Below are positions 58,134-64,000 of a DNA stretch of 64,000 nt, in pieces. Source of the stretch: a virus; IMG/VR virus record IMGVR_UViG_3300042356_000801, positions 27,170-91,169 of that record, one strand, 5' to 3'. The notes under the pieces were generated by a model. That model was not told where the DNA came from. It worked only from the letters and a program-made list of their open reading frames with translations, and made no database searches. A program made the position numbers and the translations under genes. The first letter of the stretch is position 1, and each line of letters begins with the position of its first letter.

Positions 58134-58976
58134 ATGGCAATAAGAACAGTAAACCACATCCCTTTTCATAAGCGTCCAAAGCCTGCATATCTTGTATGGA
58201 TAAGAGACGACAGCCGTACTGGTGAAGAAGTAAAGACGCTAGAGAACTACGACGGATACAGGCATCTACATACATGGCAGAACGGCATGTGTGCAATGTG
58301 TGGAAGAGACGGTGACAGACTGGTTCTAGACCATTGCCATGAGACGGGTCTTGCTCGTGGCTTTCTTTGCTCCCCATGCAACATTAAAGAGTCAAAAAGC
58401 TTTGATGTGATTGAGTGGGATATTTATAGGAAGTTTCCCCCGGCAGTAGTACTAGGGCTAAAGTTCTATTACAACGACTTTGGTCAAGCGCCCTACCCCG
58501 TTCAGCATACGTTCTCCAAAGAACAGGTTGATGCCGGCATTGAAGAGTGGGAGAACTCCACTTGCTACGAACTTGTGAAACTATTCTGCAACTACAGGGC
58601 GAATTTGGATTGGGTAAATCTATCCGACATGCGTTTGCTAGTTCGTAAATCTTTGGCCCATGTACGGGATGTCTCTGGAGTAGAAGTTCTGTCAGAGAAT
58701 GAAAAAGCACATGGAGACGCAGTGTTGACAATGGAAAAAATCCTCAACCCAAAGAAAGTTGAAGAGATAGAAGAAGTTGTGGATAAATCTATTTCAACCG
58801 AAGAGAGTTCAGCAAGAAATGATAGGTACTTCTCAATCGACGAAGAAGATAGAGACATGGTCGATACTCTTGCGCTAGCCATATCCAATGCTGTTGGTAA
58901 ACCAATCAACTCACAAGATGTACTAGAAGCTTTGGCCCAGTCAGGAATATCTATCTATCCAGTATCGGATAAATAG
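58134..58976 (+). CDS. Endonuclease VII-like domain protein
   Basis: QNG.CAMCG...LVLDHCHETG.ARGFLCSPCN. Confidence 0.8.
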   Translation: MAIRTVNHIPFHKRPKPAYLVWIRDDSRTGEEVKTLENYDGYRHLHTWQNGMCAMCGRDGDRLVLDHCHETGLARGFLCSPCNIKESKSFDVIEWDIYRKFPPAVVLGLKFYYNDFGQAPYPVQHTFSKEQVDAGIEEWENSTCYELVKLFCNYRANLDWVNLSDMRLLVRKSLAHVRDVSGVEVLSENEKAHGDAVLTMEKILNPKKVEEIEEVVDKSISTEESSARNDRYFSIDEEDRDMVDTLALAISNAVGKPINSQDVLEALAQSGISIYPVSDK

Positions 58977-58981
58977 CAATC

Positions 58982-59055
58982 GGGCCCTTAGCTCAGTTGG
59001 TTAGAGCGCCGGACTCATAATCCGTTGGTCGTGGGTTCAAGTCCCACAGGGCCCA
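58982..59055 (+). tRNA. tRNA with CAT anticodon, probably Ile2 (lysidine type); elongator Met not excluded
   Basis: Acceptor GGGCCCT/AGGGCCC, loop CTCATAA, GGTTCAAGTCC T arm; body resembles bacterial ileX; lacks initiator hallmarks. Confidence 0.8.
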
Positions 59056-59083
59056 CAGATAAATTTAAATAAGAAAGAAGACA

Positions 59084-59362
59084 ATGTCTAATCAGTCGTC
59101 AATGACTCAAGGTGCAAATAGGTTATCTATTGACACCGTTCTCAAGATGTTTGCCGAGAAAGAACTAGCCGCAGGCGATATCGGAGAGGTTTGTGGGTTT
59201 TCCCGCAAGACCTACTATCGATTCAAGCAAAACGGGGTCTCTTTGGAGTGGGCTGAGAAAATCGCCCACTGCCTCGGACTGCACCCCACGGAGATTTGGG
59301 GAACAGCGTACCTAATGTCCTGTGCTGCCGAAGAAGCCGAAAATGGGCACTCATTCGTTTAA
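59084..59362 (+). CDS. XRE-like HTH protein
   Basis: IGEVCGFSRKTYYRFKQNG...AEKIAHCLGLHPTEIW. Confidence 0.75.
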   Translation: MSNQSSMTQGANRLSIDTVLKMFAEKELAAGDIGEVCGFSRKTYYRFKQNGVSLEWAEKIAHCLGLHPTEIWGTAYLMSCAAEEAENGHSFV

Positions 59363-59556
59363 ACATTTAGAGGCCGTCTACGGCCCGCACAACGCCGCTG
59401 AGGGCACCCCGCACCCGCCCGGCCGCAACTATCCGGCATCGTTAAGTTGTATTAAACAATCCAGCGCGCAGCGCTCCGCGAAATTTTTTAAAAACAGCAC
59501 AATATGCCCACAAGTCCGATAAATTTATCCGAAAGAGACGACAGGAGCTAATTTTT

Positions 59557-59853
59557 ATGGCTAACCCCAATCCATACCAAGCATCAAACGACGGAGTCAC
59601 CATGCGCCACCGCGAAATGGGAGTACGACTACTCAGATTCGTCTATGAATACCGTGAAGAGAACGGATTCCCCCCATCAGTACGAGAAATATGTGCCAAA
59701 TTGGGCTACAACTCGTCAAGCTCCGGCAAAACGCTTCTAGAAATAACAGAAAAGCGTGGCTGGCTGCAGGTCAACACGAAAATCCCACGAGGAATCAAGA
59801 TTCTGGAAGAAGGAATGACCGTGTTGCAGGAAGAAATTCCAGAAAGTAAATAA
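59557..59853 (+). CDS. LexA-type winged-helix DNA-binding domain, no peptidase domain
   Basis: LLRFV.EY..ENGFPPSVREIC..LG..S.S...L....KRGWL....KIPRGI; CAGGAG SD. Confidence 0.85.
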   Translation: MANPNPYQASNDGVTMRHREMGVRLLRFVYEYREENGFPPSVREICAKLGYNSSSSGKTLLEITEKRGWLQVNTKIPRGIKILEEGMTVLQEEIPESK

Positions 59854-59940
59854 AAAACGCCCCCTTTGGATAAATCTATCCGGAAGAGCTGAGTACTTCA
59901 GTTGTATTTCTAGGGGGGTACTGACACTAAGGTAAATATC

Positions 59941-60147
59941 ATGACCCTACGAGACCAAAAAGAGTACATGCTTCAAACCGTAGAACGCTTTAGAGGCTAT
60001 GACCACCCTAAAGCACGTGCCTATGTCGAGTACTACGACCAAAACGGCCACTTCCCGTCCGGCATCTGGGATGATGTGCAAACACTGGACGTGCAGTTCG
60101 CCTTGCAGATTGCAACAGGTAAACGACCTGAGGATTTAGAAGCATAA
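59941..60147 (+). CDS. Hypothetical protein
   Basis: TAAGGT 7 nt before ATG. Confidence 0.55.
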   Translation: MTLRDQKEYMLQTVERFRGYDHPKARAYVEYYDQNGHFPSGIWDDVQTLDVQFALQIATGKRPEDLEA

Positions 60148-60304
60148 CCCCCTCGCATTTAGAAGAACAATCTCTTCTCTCTGGGGAGTTTGGATAAATC
60201 TAGTGGAGATTTGGTGAGCTTCAAAAATTTCAAATTGAATCCCCCCCCGAATTGGGGTCGGCGTCGTGAAGGAATCGGGGCTACATACCCCCCATTCTGA
60301 GGGG

Positions 60305-61245
60305 CACGACACACCATTGTGTACGACAAGCACAACACATTGTGTATGAACAACACAACACAGCACACACTATCACACGCACACATCACGCACGCAATCG
60401 CAATGACATCACACATACATCACACGCAATGTCACACGCAATCACATACACGCAACAACATCACACATCACGCACACGCATCACATCACACACGCAATCG
60501 TTATCGCATTGACACACACATCACATACGCAATGTCGTATCGCACATCACATCACACATACGCAATCGCAATGTCAATCGTTATCGCACACGCAATCGTT
60601 ATCGCACACGCAATCGTTATCGCACACGCAATCGTTATCGCAATCGCAATCGTCATCACGCACAATGTCAATCGTTAGCGCATACACATCATCACATTCA
60701 TTAGTACACATCACATCATTCATTGACATCACATCATCACATACGCAATCGCATACACATCACATCATCATCACACATACATAGATGACATCACATCATT
60801 GACATCATCACATAGATGACACATCACATCACATCATCATTGACTCATCACGCACGCACACGCACACACGCACACCACGCACGCACCACACACGCATAGG
60901 TACATCACACGCACACCACATCACGCATTGACATAAGCACATAGGTAATCGCTTAGTGCTACGGGTGCTATGGGTAACTCGCACATACACGCCTACATAC
61001 ACACATAGGTACATAGGTACACGCACCTACCTACACACGCACACCTAGTACGCCCACCCCTTACCCCCCCTGCCCCCTGCCTACCCATTACCCCTACCCC
61101 CATAGGCACACACCACCTACACCATCACACATCACCTACCCCTATGAGGTGAGGCGCACATCATCACGGGTAGCCCTATGGGTAGTACATACATACCCCC
61201 TATACACATACCCCCCCTACCTACCTACCTACCTACCCCATACGC
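60305..61245. repeat. Non-coding low-complexity C/A-rich tract
   Basis: Dense CACAT/CACAC/CGCAAT/CCTAC micro-repeats; strongly G-poor on + strand. Confidence 0.85.
60575..60642 (+). repeat. 18-bp tandem repeat CAATCGTTATCGCACACG, about 3.8 copies
   Basis: Copies start at 60575, 60593, 60611 and 60629 (partial). Confidence 0.9.
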
Positions 61246-61251
61246 AAATGC

Positions 61252-61280
61252 TTGACATTGACCCCCATAGCGATTACCGT
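61252..61280 (+). promoter_or_regulatory. SigA-type promoter giving a leaderless transcript
   Basis: TTGACA-N17-TACCGT; ATG 7 nt downstream. Confidence 0.7.
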
Positions 61281-61287
61281 AATAGGT

Positions 61288-61578
61288 ATGAGGAACAGCA
61301 CACCACACAGCACATACATCAGAAGGCGTATCGTCACAGCCACCCTTGTGACTATCGCCCTTATCGCAGTATCACAGATACTAAGCAAGACCATTTACGA
61401 CAAGTACCACTACACCTGCCCTACTATGAGCGTGAGAGTAGTGAGAGGCGACACTCTCTCAGGTATCACAGCGAAGCATTGTGAGGGGCACACACTCCAA
61501 GCAAGTTGGGACATAGCCAATGAGCGTGGTACTAGCGCACTTGATACAGGTGACATCATTCAGTTAGGGGGCAAGTGA
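61288..61578 (+). CDS. Membrane-anchored LysM-domain protein
   Basis: RRRIV plus TM helix; VRVVRGDTLSGI...L..GDIIQL. Confidence 0.8.
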   Translation: MRNSTPHSTYIRRRIVTATLVTIALIAVSQILSKTIYDKYHYTCPTMSVRVVRGDTLSGITAKHCEGHTLQASWDIANERGTSALDTGDIIQLGGK

Positions 61579-61579
61579 G

Positions 61580-61897
61580 ATGAAGCACATCAGCGAACTA
61601 CTAGCAGAGGTACTAGCACAACTTGTTAGTCGCCCGTACAACGCACTAGCATTAGGTGATAGCGACAAGGAGAACGCAATGACCATAGAGGACAACTCGT
61701 ACACCAAGACACACCCCAAGTTTGTACTGTGCCCTCGTTGTGAAGGTTTCATTCCGAACAACGACACCCCAGGCGCATACCCAGGTGCTATCTCTCGCCT
61801 TGACAACAAGACCGAGATTTGTTCAGAGTGTGGAACGATAGAAGCAATGCTTGACTGGCAAGGCGAACTCACCGACTGGCGTAAGCCACAGGAGTAA
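61580..61897 (+). CDS. Zn-finger hypothetical protein
   Basis: CPRC...AISRLDNKTEICSECG; start may be the internal MTIED after AAGGAG. Confidence 0.6.
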   Translation: MKHISELLAEVLAQLVSRPYNALALGDSDKENAMTIEDNSYTKTHPKFVLCPRCEGFIPNNDTPGAYPGAISRLDNKTEICSECGTIEAMLDWQGELTDWRKPQE

Positions 61898-61926
61898 AAC
61901 ACTCGCAAGGCCGATACTGTGAAGGT

Positions 61927-62211
61927 ATGGAAAACACACCCGAAGAATACGCAATGGTCACTCTCTCAATGGAAGAACTAAACGAACTTCGCAGGATACT
62001 GAGAGGTCACTGTCGCAATCTCTCACGCAAAGAAGCGAGAGGCGACGAAGTCCCGGAGGACAAGGTAGAACTAGCGAACGCAATGCTCCATAGAGTAAGC
62101 GACCTTCTCTTAGAGATAGAGACATACGACATCATTGGTGACGCAATGAGAGATGGCTCGTTTGAGAAAGTTGTCAAAAGCTGGCAAAGCGACACGGGTG
62201 ACCACGGGTAG
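61927..62211 (+). CDS. Hypothetical protein
   Basis: TACTGT 6 nt before ATG. Confidence 0.55.
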   Translation: MENTPEEYAMVTLSMEELNELRRILRGHCRNLSRKEARGDEVPEDKVELANAMLHRVSDLLLEIETYDIIGDAMRDGSFEKVVKSWQSDTGDHG

Positions 62212-62234
62212 TCACTACACATAACGCATACATA

Positions 62235-62274
62235 GTAAAAGCCCCCTCACTCATTAGAGCAAGGGGGCTTTTAC
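62235..62274. terminator. Bidirectional intrinsic terminator
   Basis: GTAAAAGCCCCCT...AGGGGGCTTTTAC between convergent genes. Confidence 0.8.
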
Positions 62275-62315
62275 CTTAGGGGGATTAGAGGGAAACAGTT
62301 CCCCCTAAGTTCTTG

Positions 62316-62777
62316 TTAGAACGGTTCGTCGTCTGCTCCGACATTAGCGAGTGTGCGCTTTGTGTTGGGGCGAGGCTTGTCTCCACCAACGGTGCGACCA
62401 CCATTGTTTTGACCACCTTCTGAACGCTGACGGCGTGTGACTGACTCAATAGCCGAAGTGTTGATAGCAATTTGCTCTGCTACTACTTCTACTGCTGAAC
62501 GGTTGTTGCCGTCTTTGTCCTCGTAGGTGCGTTGTTCCAAGCGACCAATAACTACTACGCCAATTCCTTTTTCCAAAGTCTTTGCGCCATTTTCTGCTGT
62601 GTATCGCCAAGCGACAACATTCACGAAAGAAACTTTTTCTTGCTTTTCGTTGTTGGTGTCGTACCATACATAGTTCACGGCAACCGAGAAACCAAGTCGT
62701 GCTTGACCACTCGTTGTAAAGGTCAATTCGGGGTCTGCCGTGACATTCCCGATAACCGTAATTGGACTATTGTTCAT
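62316..62777 (-). CDS. ssb: Single-stranded DNA-binding protein
   Basis: ITVIGNVTADPEL.FT.SG, F.NVVAWR, GRLEQR.YE; acidic DDEPF tail; AAGGAG SD. Confidence 0.95.
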   Translation of the reverse strand: MNNSPITVIGNVTADPELTFTTSGQARLGFSVAVNYVWYDTNNEKQEKVSFVNVVAWRYTAENGAKTLEKGIGVVVIGRLEQRTYEDKDGNNRSAVEVVAEQIAINTSAIESVTRRQRSEGGQNNGGRTVGGDKPRPNTKRTLANVGADDEPF

Positions 62778-62922
62778 TTTCTTCTCCTTGTGGGGTTGAG
62801 ATACTCACGATAGCAGTTGTCTAAGACATTCGCAACAGCGATAACTGCTTTTATTTTCTCTCTATGTTTTGACAAACAGAGGGGGGTTGCGATAGGCTCT
62901 ACGGGTGGGCTAGGGTGGCTAG

Positions 62923-63270
62923 ATGAGTGAAACACCTACACCTAAAACACCCGAACAAAAAGAAGCATTCTCTGCCGTGTGTGAAGCACTAGGAGATGCC
63001 CTTTTCCTATTTCTCACAGACGAAACATTTACAGAAGACGAGCTGGAAGTTTTCGCAATAGACATTGCTGAACTTGCGTATCTTTGTCTCGGCGTATTTG
63101 ACCCACAGATAATCACAACGGAAACAGCAGAAGACGGGAAAAAGAAGTTCACTTTCAGTATGACTATCCCAACTACCGACCCGTTTGACACTTTTAGGAA
63201 TTACTACAAAGAAGTCATTGGCGTTTTCCCCGAAGATTTGGGCGACGACGACGACGAAAACGACGAATAG
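62923..63270 (+). CDS. Acidic hypothetical protein
   Basis: TTGCGA-N18-TAGGGT, ATG 6 nt downstream. Confidence 0.55.
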   Translation: MSETPTPKTPEQKEAFSAVCEALGDALFLFLTDETFTEDELEVFAIDIAELAYLCLGVFDPQIITTETAEDGKKKFTFSMTIPTTDPFDTFRNYYKEVIGVFPEDLGDDDDENDE

Positions 63271-63381
63271 CCCAATAAACACAAGTGTCCTAGGACACTA
63301 AAACACGGGTGTAAAATAGATACACCACCAAACGCCCCCCTACTAACAGGGCAGTTCTATCCACTGAACAAAGGAAAACAA

Positions 63382-64000
63382 TTGTCAAAGCGTCAGCGTT
63401 ACCTATTCCCCTTACTCCTTGCCTCGCTACTAACAGCAGGCACTGCCCACGCCACAAGCGTAGAAGGGGGGGTTGGCTCAACGGCTGGCACAGAAGCGAC
63501 AATCACAACGGTTGTCGCTACCGTTTCTGCTCCTTCTCACACAACTCTCGTATTTGACGCAACCCCCAATGCTCCTATCGGATTCTGGGAACAACTCGCT
63601 CAATGCGAAACAGCAAGCGACTGGAACAACACGGGTCAATGGGCAGGTGGCTTGGGTATCTACACCAAAGGCAACTTCCCTGATTCCAGTATGGGTACTT
63701 GGGAGCGTTTTGGTGGAGAGGAGTTCGCTCTATCTCCCGACAAAGCAACCAAAGAACAACAGGTAATCGTTGCTAACCGTATTTCAGTAGAAGGTTGGAA
63801 AACAACAGTCACTCGTGACGCAGACAAAGCAAAGCGTATGGGTGTCCCACAGGTGTACGAGTGGAATCAGAAGCCAGTTGGTTTTGGTGGTTGGGGTTGC
63901 TACAAGTCTAAATCCACGGGTAAGTACAGAATGTCAAAGCCTTTACTTCTTCACTACGACCCACAGTTACTTCCAATCGTTCAGTACGAATGGAATCAGA
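63382..64000 (+). CDS. Secreted Rpf-like (resuscitation-promoting factor) transglycosylase, partial
   Basis: Not in track (open to the edge). AAAGGA SD and TTG start; signal peptide ending AHA; WEQLAQCETASDW.NTG..AGGLGI...TWERFGG..FA..PD.ATKEQQV.VA. Confidence 0.8.
   Translation, partial: MSKRQRYLFPLLLASLLTAGTAHATSVEGGVGSTAGTEATITTVVATVSAPSHTTLVFDATPNAPIGFWEQLAQCETASDWNNTGQWAGGLGIYTKGNFPDSSMGTWERFGGEEFALSPDKATKEQQVIVANRISVEGWKTTVTRDADKAKRMGVPQVYEWNQKPVGFGGWGCYKSKSTGKYRMSKPLLLHYDPQLLPIVQYEWNQ

Noticed and set aside
60575-60642. CRISPR array
   Set aside because: Head-to-tail 18-bp repeats with no spacers; the Cas4-like gene is an ordinary recombination nuclease beside an annealase
60136-61484. 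His/Thr- or Cys/Val-rich ORFs (60319..60678, 60509..60784, 60159..60416, 60829..61026, 61149..61484)
   Set aside because: By-products of low-complexity DNA or overlap with the LysM gene; no RBS or protein-like composition
63271-63381. c-di-AMP (ydaO) riboswitch upstream of the Rpf-like gene
   Set aside because: Leader is short and I could not find the conserved elements by eye
63473-63766. Track ORF of 97 aa
   Set aside because: Wrong frame; the Rpf-like frame from 63382 has an SD, a signal peptide and conserved motifs

Overview
A 64-kb slice of a large tailed dsDNA phage with an HK97-type head. The host is probably an actinobacterium, based on WhiB, an Rpf-like transglycosylase, LysM and many leaderless-type promoters. 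Left, mostly minus strand: neck genes, a histone-like protein, an IbrA/IbrB-like PAPS-reductase/ParB pair, a second ParB-like gene, RuvC, HNH, a RecB-like nuclease, a Rad52-like annealase and TerL. Centre, plus strand (12.5-47.9 kb): a greatly expanded head module, with about 29 kb of genes between portal and major capsid protein. These include a ~4,170-aa protein starting with the prohead protease and a 2,917-aa protein. Both are chains of discrete domains (WYL x2, UvrD helicase, ArdC, zincin, ParB-like x2, DEDDh exonuclease, RelA/SpoT-like). The domains are separated by a recurring R-[L/F]-S-S-G pentapeptide (22 exact copies counted by eye, plus variants) that was not seen inside any recognisable domain. 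The main hypothesis is a phage head 'polyprotein' that is cut into, or anchored as, injectable effectors. Right: class II RNR, WhiB, primase-helicase, a TerS-like HTH, two tRNAs that probably both decode AUA, a LexA-like HTH flanked by GATAAAT boxes, a ~950-bp C/A-rich non-coding tract, SSB and a partial secreted Rpf-like gene. All domain calls come from reading motifs by eye; no searches were run.
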